In this document: piece after piece, positions 49,081 through 59,298 of the stretch
Layout of the letters: each line of letters starts with the position of its first letter
Numbering within the stretch: the first letter of the stretch is position 1
NCBI RefSeq assembly: GCF_004010195.1
Contig: NW_025215354.1
Coordinates: 56,777 to 118,754 of the forward strand
Source: Chiloscyllium plagiosum
Lineage: Eukaryota
Length of the DNA: 61,978 nucleotides
Direction of reading: 5' to 3'
The notes under the pieces: generated by a model
The model's input: only the letters and a program-made list of their open reading frames with translations
What the model was told of the DNA's origin: nothing
The model's database searches: none
Made by a program: the position numbers and the translations under genes

Positions 49081-49231
49081 CAGAACAACTTCAGTTATCT
49101 GAACGTCAATTATCCGAATTTCGGATTATCCAAACAAGATCTCAAGGTCCCATAACAACATTATCCGGACAATCAGTCATCTGAACCAATCAGTCCCTAC
49201 CCGTCCCAATTGGATAATTGAGGTTGTCCTG
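49081..49231. mobile_element. Tc1/mariner-type MITE
   Basis: TA|cagaacaacttcagttatc ... gataattgaggttgtcctg terminal inverted repeats. Confidence 0.65.
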
Positions 49232-49254
49232 TGTATATATTGTGTGTATATACA

Positions 49255-49413
49255 TGTACATACACGCGCACACACATAAACAACAGACTCACACACAGAC
49301 CCACACACACAGACACAGACACACACACACACACACACTCACACACACACAGACACAGACACGCTGATGCACATACAGACACACACAGATACACATACAC
49401 AGACACACACACA
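49255..49413. repeat. Imperfect (CA)n/(CAGA) microsatellite
   Basis: Direct reading. Confidence 0.9.
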
Positions 49414-49463
49414 GCGGTGGCACAGAGGTATATGTTCTGGGAGTGTGGAATAGGTTGTTATTG

Positions 49464-49536
49464 AGGAGAAAGTGAGTCTGCAGATGCTGGAGATCAAAGT
49501 TGAAACTTTATTGCTGGAACAGCACAGCAGGTCAAC
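49464..49536 (-). mobile_element. 73-bp Penelope tail insertion with 15-bp TSD
   Basis: TSD aataggttgttattg at 49449-49463 and 49537-49551; insert is the reverse complement of a Penelope 3' end. Confidence 0.75.
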
Positions 49537-49834
49537 AATAGGTTGTTATTGTAAAATTTATTTAACAATGTTTAAGAGGCATCTTGATAGATACACAAGT
49601 AGGTAGGGAATGGAGGGATTTGATCACATGGAGGCAAAAGGTTTTTTGTTTAGAGGCCTCATGAGTCGATGCAGGGTCTGTGGGTCGAAGTGACTGTTCC
49701 CCTGCTCTGCTCTGCTTCATTTAAAGCAGATGGTGAGGTGTGAAACTGAATAGGAATCCTTTTCCTGGGAGTTGGTTTACTTACAGAATGTGACATGACT
49801 CACATCTGCCTCTAACCTACAAAAGCTTTATTTG

Positions 49835-50645
49835 CTCAACGTGCTTCACACTTGATGCTTGATTCTCCCTTCACCGTCAGGTCAGAAATGGTGATGCTAC
49901 CAAATGATTGCACAGTGTTCAGCACCATTTGAGACTCCTCCAAATACTGGAGCAGTCCATGTTCAAATGTAGCAAGACCCGGACAATATCTCGGCTTCAG
50001 CTGATTAATAAAATTAACACCACCCAGGGCATCAACCATCTCCAAAAGTGAATGCCACAAATAATCTTCCCCTGATATTCAATGGAATTACCGTCACTAA
50101 ATCCTGCACTCGCAATATTTTGGGGTAGGATTGACCAGAAACTGAATTGGACGAGCCATATAAATACTGTGACCACATCAGCAGGTCAGAGGGTGGAATA
50201 CTGCAGTAAGCAACTCACTTCCTGACTTCCCAAATCCTGTCCACAAACTACAAAGCACAAGGCAGGAATATGATGGATGGGTACGGCTCCACCACAGAAC
50301 ATCCAAGAACGAGGAAAAAGCAGCTCTCTTGATCTTCAAAAGCCACTCCCTCCACCATTGACGCTCAGCAGCATCCAAAAGATGCACTGCAAAAATTCAC
50401 CAAATCTCCTGAGACACATCTTCCAAATCCTCAACTACTTCCACCGAGAAGGACAAGGGCAGCAGATACATGGGAACACCATCACCTGCAAGCTCCACCC
50501 CCCACCCCTCCCAAGCCACTCATCATCTTCCTTCACTGTGGCTGGGTCAAAATCCCAGAATTCCCTCCCCAAGAGCATTGTGGGTCTAACGGACAATGCA
50601 AAGACTGCAGCGATTCAAGAAGGCAGCTCACCACCACCTCCTCAC
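49835..50645 (+). mobile_element. Old LINE 3' region (CR1/L2 group); related copies at ~9700-10340 +, 4050-4720 -, 35720-35910 -
   Basis: Shared blocks such as agaaggacaagggcagcagatacatgggaacaccatcacctgcaag across copies. Confidence 0.65.
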
Positions 50646-51261
50646 AGGATATTGGGGGTGAGGTCACACCTTGTGTCAGCAGTCAGCTGCTTCATGCCAG
50701 GGTCAGCTATGGAAGGGAATGGTGGGAAACTATGGGGTTGGAAACTACAATCAAAATAGACACCTATTGATGTCTCTTTGCCCAATGAACTGTGATGCGA
50801 GAACTGCTTTTCAGTGATCCCTGAACTGTTTTGAATAACCTAATGCAAACCTTATAATAAAACCCACCCCTACTGCGAAGTAGAATTGAACGTAACTGAT
50901 GTTTTGGGACAGTCCAATGTAACAAATCTATCGAACTCCCTCTTCCTTAAATGTGAACCATTTTTCACAACACGAAGTCTGAACAAATTGTATCCAACTA
51001 AAGGCGGATTCGCCATAACATTAACAATCATATCCTCCATGGTCAAATAATTTCCCGATACACTTTACCAATGTTCAGGAGATACCCTTCACATCATCAA
51101 TAACAGTAGCATCCAGCAAAAGGTTGAGTTAGATCGACACTATTGTCATACCCACTTGAAATCTTATCCCAAACCCAGCTCCTGGTATACCCACCACGCT
51201 GATCTAACGTTCTACCCTTACATCCACAAGATATCCTGCCCCTCAGGAACCCAATCCGTTA

Positions 51262-51392
51262 CCCACCTGGCATTCTATCCCATCTCTCACCTGTTGTCCT
51301 ATCCCATCACCCACGTGGCATCCTATCCCATCAGCCACCTGGCATCCTATCCCATCTCCCACCTGTCATCCTATCCCATAAGCCACCTGCAT
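51262..51392. repeat. 24-bp minisatellite (~5 copies)
   Basis: Unit ccacctggcatcctatcccatcag. Confidence 0.8.
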
Positions 51393-51729
51393 CCGTACTC
51401 CCTCCCCAACTTCTTGCAGTCACTGTCAAAATGGCTGCCCAACATACAAACATCTTGCTTCCCGGAATAGAGCAGCTATTGCCGTTAATAAAAAGTAAAC
51501 ATATTTTCAACTCGAGTACTGATCCTGCACTGAGTGGATCCTGGCCTAGTTTCCTCGGACAGAGATGCCCAGGAAAGGCCAGACTCTTTAGTCAGACCTG
51601 TTCCAATGGTCACCATATGATCTGGACCAAATCTTGTCTTCAGTCTAACATCCAACAAGGATCACTTCACAGATCCAATAACAGATCCCCAGGAGTGAGT
51701 TCCAGACTGGAATCTAATTGAGGGGTTTA

Positions 51730-52810
51730 TGCAACCCCCACCTTTTCCTCCACGACATCGATGACTTTATCAGCGCTGCCTCGTGCTTCCACGAGGAGGT
51801 TGAACAGTTCATCCACTTTACCAACACCTTCCACCCCGACCTCAAATTTACCTGGACCGTCTCAGACTCCTCCCTCCCCTTCCTAGACCTCTCCATTTCT
51901 ATCTCAGGCGACCGAATCAACCGAATAAACCGACCGACCGACCGACTCCCACAGCTACCTGGACTACACCTCCTCCCACCCTGCCCCCTGTAAAAGCGCC
52001 ATCCCATATTCCCAATTCGTTTGTCTCCGCCGCATCTGCTCCCAGGAAGACCAGTTCCAATACCGTACAACCCAGATGGCCTCCTTCAAAGACCGCAATT
52101 TCCCCCCAGACGTGATCGACGATGCTCTCCACCGCATCTCCTCCACTTCCTGCTCCTCCGTCCTTGAGCCCCGCCTCTCCAATCGCCACCAGGACAGAAC
52201 CCCACTGGTCCTCACCTACCAGCCCACCAATCTCCATATATAGCGTATCATCCGCCGTCATTTCCGCCACCTCAAAACGGACCCCACCACCAGGGATATA
52301 TTTCACTCCCCTCCCCTCCCCTATCAGTGTTCCGAAAAGACCACTCCCTCCGTGACTCCCTCGTCAGGTCCACACCCCCCACCAAACCAACCTACACTCC
52401 TGGCACTTTCCCCTGCAACCGCAAGAAAAGCAAAACTTGNNNNNNNNNNNNNNNNNNNNNNNNNNNNNNNNNNNNNNNNNNNNNNNNNNNNNNNNNNNNN
52501 NNNNNNNNNNNNNNNNNNNNNNNNNNNNNNNNNNNNNNNNNNNNNNNNNNNNNNNNNNNNNNNNNNNNNNNNNNNNNNNNNNNNCACCTTGACCTCCTTC
52601 CACCTATCGCATTTCCAACGCCCCTCACCCAAGTCCCTCCTCCCTACCTCTTATCTTAGCCTGCTGGACACACTTTCCTCATTCCTGAAGAAGTGCTCAT
52701 GCCCAGAACGTCGATTCTCCTGCTCCTTGGATGCTGCCTGACCTGCTGCGCTTTTCCAGCAACACATTTTCAGCTCTGATCTCCAGCATCTGCAGCCCTC
52801 ACTTTCTCCT
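51730..52810 (+). mobile_element. Penelope-like retroelement, 5'-truncated (RT C-terminus, linker, 3' end; spans a gap)
   Basis: FLHDIDDFI..FHPDLKFTW..LPFLDLSISI RT motifs, then HSYLDYTSSHP/AIPYSQF..LRRICS thumb, Cys linker, and a 3' end with a decayed hammerhead (cctgaagaagtgctcatgcccagaacgtcg). Confidence 0.85.
52440..52584. other. Assembly gap
   Basis: Run of N. Confidence 0.99.
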
Positions 52811-53141
52811 TTAAATGAAAGGCCAGCCATTGAGAAGCAGAATCAGGAGGCCATTTCACACACAAACAGATTTGAGTGTGTTAGGGAGAAAATAGTTTTT
52901 TGATCTTCATGGAAGTCAAAGATTATGAGTGGGGGGTGGGGGGTGGGGGTGGGGGAGTGACCTAATTTGTATGTTAAGTTTGGAAATCCGTTATAAATGT
53001 TGTGGATGCTGGAGGATGATTGGAATGTTCACCATTGAGGGGTGTTTATTAGCTGCAGACAGAGGGAGAGGTGAACTGGCCTTGAATTGAGTGGCCTCCT
53101 CCACTTTCCTCACCCACTGTGCTCTGTCCTTGTTGTCTCAG

Positions 53142-53353
53142 AGTCAGTCCAAGAGGTGAGCTGCTGGAAGAAAACCTATAACTGGTTCTGTGGATTCGAC
53201 CAGAAGCCCAAAAAGCTGAGCAAAGAGGAACAGGAAGCCCTTCAACAGCAGCTGACGGACATCTCAGAGGCGCCCCTGTGGAGAAACGTCGTCAACATGA
53301 ACGCCATCATTCTGCTGGCCGTCTGCATCTTCTTCTGGGCGTTTTACGCATAA
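53142..53353 (+). CDS. slc5a1: SGLT1 last coding exon (exon 15 equivalent) to stop codon
   Basis: tgttgtctcAG|AG TCA...GCA TAA; encodes ESVQEVSCWKKTYNWFCGFDQKPKKLSKEEQEALQQQLTDISEAPLWRNVVNMNAIILLAVCIFFWAFYA*. An alternative in-frame AG lies 6 nt downstream. Confidence 0.92.
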
Positions 53354-53795
53354 CGCTAGGATCAAAGGAGACATCCTACTGACTAACCTCTCTCAACCAT
53401 TTTAACCAAACCCATGATGCATTGCTTTCACACTCTTCACAAACGAGTGCACAATGCTGTCTGATTTGTACTTAAAAAAAAACGGTGTTTCTAAAATAGA
53501 TACTTCCTTTCTCACCAACCGATAGGATGAAACTGGTGTCCCAGTTTTTACAAAGAGATCTTGAGAAATTTTGAGAATCCCTGCTGGACCCTGAGGCCTT
53601 TGCTTCACTGAGCTGCAAATTTGCACACATTACGTTGGCTACAAGTTTGATGACAGCAAGCTTACAGAAGTTTGTAAGAGGCTCTTACAGAAACAATACC
53701 TGAAGACAATTGTTTCAAAAATGGATAATTTATTATGTTTTTAAAGAAATAAGTGCAATAATAATGCTGTGAGAAATAAGATGATAATCAGAGGT

Positions 53796-53801
53796 AATAA
53801 A
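53796..53801 (+). promoter_or_regulatory. Candidate polyadenylation signal of slc5a1
   Basis: AATAAA ~440 nt after the stop codon, followed by a U/GU-rich tract (tctgttttctgtcttgtctgtc). Confidence 0.65.
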
Positions 53802-54696
53802 GTTCAACTTTCTGTTTTCTGTCTTGTCTGTCAGATTCCACATGTTATCTCAATGTTCACTTTCACTCGTTTAGAATCACAGAATCCCTACAGTGTGGAA
53901 ACAGGCCATTCGGCCCAACAAGTCCACACCGACCCTCTGAAGAGTAACCCACCCAGACCCATTCCCCTACCCTATTACTCTACATTTACCCCTAACTAAC
54001 CTATTTGTGAAAAAGTACTTCACCTAAAGTAAAAGGAAATTGAATTTCCACCTTGCCTTTCAGACTTTCAAAAGCTCTTGATGTGTTTCAACAGTCAGTT
54101 GCAGTACATTGGAAGTGTAATCATGGCTGTAATGTGTGGAAGTGCAGTAACTGAACTCCCACAAGTGAGTAAACACACTAATTAGTCCACAGCTGGAATA
54201 CTGGGAACAGTTTTGGGGCCTTTATCTGAGGAAAAATATATTGGCATTGAAGGTTCACTTGGCTGGTATCATGTATGGCCTTAGGAGGAGAGGTCAAGTA
54301 GACTGGGCCTGTACTCATCGGAATTTAGAGAATGAGAGACAACTTTATTGAAACGTACACGATGATTTTTGGGCTGGGCAGGGTAGACGTGGAGAGGATT
54401 GTCCCCTTGTGGGAGAGTCCAGAACCACAGGGCATCATCTCAGAATAAGGGGACACACATTTCAGGCAGAGCTGCGGAGGAATTTCTTCTCTCATAAAGT
54501 GGAAAGTCTGTGGAATACTTCTCTGCAGAGGGCTGTTCAGTACCTTCAAAGGTTGTGATAGACAAATTTTTTACTCAGTCAGGGATTAGAGAGAAACAGG
54601 AGATGGAGATTACCAGATCCACCATGATCTTGTTGAATGGGAGAACAGATTCATAGAATCACTGCCCCCACCCCCACCCCCACCCCCACCCTCCTA

Positions 54697-54993
54697 CACT
54701 GCATTCAGAATACATTCAGCCCCTCGAGTCCACACTGCCCCTCTGAAGAGCATCCCAGCAAACCTGCATTTCCCATGGCTGACACACCCAGCCTGAACAA
54801 TTTCCCACAACCAATCCACCTGACCTGCATGTCTTTGGATTTTGGAAAGGAATCGGAGCACCCAGAGGAAACCCCAAACAGATACAGGGAGAATGTGCAA
54901 ACTCCATACAGAAAGTGCCCGAGGCTGGAATCGAACCTTGGTCCCGAGCAACTATGAGGCAGCAGCGTTAACCACTGAGCCACCGTGCTGCCC
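54697..54993 (-). mobile_element. HE1-type SINE (diverged)
   Basis: Minus-strand head with A/B boxes and V-domain. Confidence 0.8.
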
Positions 54994-56349
54994 AAAAGCT
55001 GAATGGATTCGCCATTAAAGGGGATTGGTGAGACCATGTTTCTGGTGAACTTTGACAGCTACATAGACCACTGGTTGGAGCCTCATACAGCAGTTGGTGA
55101 AGTGAGTTTTGAGAAGATTTGTAGCTCAGGTAGAGGTTCTGGAAGTAGATTTACTCACTCAGCTGGAAGGTTCCAGATCAGTGAACAAACCGACATTCAG
55201 AACCAGCTGTTAAAGCCAGGCTAACCACTAAGACACCATGCCACCCTATGGGCCGAATGGCCTATTCTGCTCCTACATATTATGGTCCTAAGTATCCAAA
55301 CGGTGTGGTGCACTGTGCTTTGGGGAAGTGAGAATGATCTGGAACACTGTCTACGAGGCACAGGACTGTGATTCACAATGAAATTACACAGACATTTAAA
55401 GAAACAGACTTTCAAGGTCATTGGGAGAGATGGTGGAGTGGGTCTGAGTGGATTACTCCTGTGTCAAGGGAAACACTATGGCCATGGGAAGAATCTCTGG
55501 CACTTAGAGTCATCAGAGTCATACAGCAGAGAAACAAACCCTTTCATCCAACCAGTCCAAACTGACCATATCCCAGACTAAACTATCCATGTACTTATCG
55601 AAATACCTTTAAACTTTGTAACTGTGCCTGCATCCACTACTTCCTCATTCCACACACGGACCACTCACTGCGTATAAAGGTTGTTCCTCCTGTCATAGAG
55701 TCATAGAGATGTACAGCACGGAAACAGACCCTTCGGTCCAGCCCGTCCATGCCGACCAGATATCCCAACCCAATCTCGTCCCACCTGTCAACACGGTCCT
55801 TTTTAAAACTTTCTCCTCTCAACTTGAAAATATGCCCCCTCATCTTGAAAACCCACCATTCACCTTATCTATGTCCCTCATGATCTTACAAACCCCCAAA
55901 AAGCCACCTCATGACTTCCTATGCTCCAGTGAAAAATAGGGCCCAACCTGTCCTTGAAACTCAATCCCCCAGTCCTGGCAACATCTTTTCTGAACCCTCT
56001 CCAGTTGAATAATATGCCCCCTGCAGCAGGGCGATGTTACTGAAGCAATCCCATGTTCAGCTGAGACAGCAGCTGAGCCAATCCAATAGTGTCAGTCCAC
56101 AGTCTCCGCTCTGAGGGAGCTCGGATTGACTTCAGTACCTGGGCTGAGGAAGGGCTCAGTGACCCTTGAACATAACTTGTCAGTTTTACCCCCTTTTCAG
56201 CAGGCTTACAGTTCAATAAAACTGGTAATTGTGACGCGTGGTTGCTCTAACAGTCACACACCATCCAAAGGGTTGGTATTTATTCCTCATTGTCACTGAT
56301 TCGATTCCCTCTGGAACAGTATATTCACCAGACAGACTTCAGCGATTCA

Positions 56350-56551
56350 AGATGTGGAGGTGCTGATGTTGGACCGGGGTGGACAAGGTCAGAAGTCACC
56401 CGATACCAGGGTTATAGTCCAACAGGTTTATTTGAAATCACAAGCTGACGGAGTGCCACTCCTTCATCAGGTGAAGGGGCAGCGCTCCGAAAGCTTGTGT
56501 GATTTCAAATAAACCTGCTGGACTCTGACCTGGTGCTGGGCGACTTCTGAC
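56350..56551. mobile_element. Palindromic Penelope-derived insertion, same family as 17652
   Basis: ggttatagtccaacaggttta arm and its inverse around ~56472; both hammerhead cores damaged. Confidence 0.7.
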
Positions 56552-58029
56552 GTGATTCAAGAAAGCAGCTCGCCACCACCTTTTCCAGGGCAACCAGGGA
56601 TGGGTAATAAATGCTGAACCAAACAGCGACACCCATATTCTGTGAATATGTGACAGAAGTGCGATAAAGCAGAATCCCCTTTCCTGAAAACAAGTGGAAA
56701 ACAAAGGCTTGTTTGTATGAAGGGCAGAATAATGTGAACGCTGGAAATGTGAAATAAAAACCTCAGCAGGTCTGGCAGCGTCTGTGAGGTGAGAGACAGA
56801 GTTAATGTTCCTGGTCAGCGACCCTCTATCAGCATTTGGTTAGCGTGTTCCTTCATTGATTTCCCCACCATGAGCTATCTGTGTCCCAGTTATGTTGCAC
56901 GATTGAACATTCGAGAAGCAAAATGATTTTTAAGAAAATGGGATATCGGAGAGAGGTTTGGCCTTCAGGATCGCGAGGTTTCAGACTCTCAATCGGAGGA
57001 AAAAACAAGCAAACTACATTAAAGTGGAAGATAAGCAATAAAAATACCACAAGATATATTGCCCATGGTTAGGGGAATATTTACAAACCTGATGATTCAG
57101 ATCAATCTTGTACAAAGAACTTATTTGTCAAAGAGTGCAATTGAACCTGAAGCAAATAAACTGCTTTGAAAAACAAATCATATAACTATACAATAAAACA
57201 ATTGTTAGATGTTTACCACTTCCTGATAAGATCTCTCCTGATTCCAGTTCTCTAACAGAGAGAAAAACCTGCATTCACATAGCGTCTTTCCCATCCCTCT
57301 GGATGTTCCCAGTGAAGTGCTTTTAAAATTTAGTCCCCGTTGACAAATGGAGAAATGAGACAGCTGATTTGCACACAGGAAGCTCCTGCCAACAGATGAC
57401 GGTAGAAAAGACATACCACTGACAAGAGTGATGTTTGTTACTCACCGTTAACTGCTCGGCTGCCTCAGGACAGACGATTCAAACACATCGCTGTGTGTAT
57501 GGGGTCACATATAGACCAGACCAGGTAAGGTCAGCAGATTTCCTTCCCTGAAGCACCTGAGAAGATAGGAACAGAGAGCAGGAGGAGGCAATTCAGCCCC
57601 TCAAGCCACCTTCACCATTTAATACGATCATGACTTGCCTCATCTCAGCCTCAACTCCACTTTCCTGCACACTCCCCATAACCCTTTAACCCATTCAATG
57701 GGGCATTGAATTCTACAGCTACGTGATCCTTTGAGAGAAATAATTCCTCCTCATCTCTGTTTTAATAGATACATCTTTTCTGTATCTATTTGGTCAATCC
57801 CCTTTAACATCTTCTATACCTCATTTAGATCTCCTCTTGTCTTTCTAACCTATAGTGATACAGACCTAAACTAACTTCAGATGGCTACAATGATCACCTC
57901 AGCACGTCAAGCCAAAATTGTGGTACCTTCAAGAAATAAATTCGGTCTGAATTGAAGTTAATGTCGTCAAAGTCAACAAAAATAGTCACTCTGATCTGTA
58001 ACTTCTATTTGATTGAGACTGCTCTGGAA

Positions 58030-58273
58030 TTGTTGTGGTTCTGTTCGCCGAGCTGGAAGTTTTTGTTGCAAACGTTTCGTCCCCTGTCCAGATGACATCC
58101 TCAGTGCTTGGGAGCCTCCTGTGAAGCGCTTCTGTGGTGTTTCCTCCGGCATTTATAGTGGCCTGTCCCTGCTGCTTCCGGTTGCCAGTTTCAGCTGTCC
58201 GCTGTCCGCTGTAGTGGCCGGTATATTGGGTCCAGGTCGATGTGTTTGTTGATGGAGTTCTCACAAACTTTGA
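58030..58273 (-). mobile_element. Penelope-like element 3' end (third family) with 12-bp TSD
   Basis: Minus strand encodes SINKHIDLDPIYRPLQR (GIY-YIG C-terminus-like); TSD actgctctggaa at 58018-58029 and 58274-58285. Confidence 0.75.
58068..58107 (-). ncRNA. Minimal hammerhead ribozyme motif
   Basis: GCA-CUGAGGA-U-GUC...GAC-GAA-ACGU-U-UGC; helix I GCA/UGC, palindromic ACGU, GUU triplet. Confidence 0.7.
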
Positions 58274-59039
58274 ACTGCTCTGGAAGTTAAACGTATTGGG
58301 ATGAACGACTCACGTGCAGAATATCCAGCTTGAGAAATAAAACAATTGAGTCAGACACAGGAATGCACAAATGAACTATATTTCAGACAACAGCTTTTGG
58401 GCAGAGCAGGTAGAGAGAAGCAAATGGCTTTGTAACAGCAGAACTGCAATGCTTTTGTTCTCTCTGGTTCTCAGTCTCTTGAGAAACCGGGCCCAGTGGA
58501 CAAAGCAAATTAAAGCCTTATCCATTCACAGGAAACTTAAGATATCTGCAAGTCTCCCTAAAGCTGTAGATGCACCTGTTAAGCAACTGTCTCAGGTAAA
58601 AACCTAACACTTTGAGGATTCTAAGGACTTTTTAAAACTGATCTTTTTTCATCTTCTGCTTTGTGCTAAATCTTGTCTGCTTTTTAAGAACTTTATTCTT
58701 GTGTACCTGTGTGTGAGAGTTGGATGTCACTTTCCATCATTTTTGTTGATCTTAAATTCCTCCTTTTTTCACTCAAAAATCCTTCCAATTAGTTCTTTCT
58801 CTTTATTAAAAATTAGTGAACTGCATTGCATGGAAGTCTAATACAGTTGTGTGCGAAGAAGAAGGAAGAATTAATCTTTGCTAAGGTCAAATGAGAAGTT
58901 AGAGAGCAGCTGATTACTACTACCCTCTGGTGTCATATAAGGAAATAAAGAAATGTGCAGGCCCCTTGGGAAATGGTAAAGAGTAGCATTGGCTGAGTAA
59001 CTCTTACAATGGGCTAGCATAGGCACAATGGGCCAAATA

Positions 59040-59298
59040 GAGTCTTAGAACCGTACAGCATGGACAAAGACCTTTCGGCCCAACCCGTCCATGCCGACCA
59101 GATATCCCAACCTAATCTAGTCCCATTTGCCAGCACCCGGCCCGTATCCCATCAAGCCCTTCCTATTCATATACCTATCGAAATGCTTTTTAAATGTTGC
59201 AATTGTACCAGCCTCCACCACTTCGTACGGCAGAACATTCCAAACACGCACCACCCTCTGTGTGAGAAGTTGTTCCTTCGATCCCTTTTATATCTTCC
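59040..59298 (-). mobile_element. CR1/HER1 LINE 3' end
   Basis: Same tail as 1107-1421. Confidence 0.8.

Noticed and set aside
50830..51160. CpG-containing unique stretch with a 56-aa minus-strand ORF (51040-50870), possible viral insert
   Set aside because: Adjacent frames give PLVGYNLF and FKEEGVR*I segments resembling degraded L1 ORF2 C-terminus; cannot be supported as novel without a search.
3633..53353. Assignment to slc5a2 or slc5a9, or as a pseudogene
   Set aside because: Exon 14 motif, T395/T460 equivalents and WCTDQ fit SGLT1; all ten exons are open and phase-compatible.
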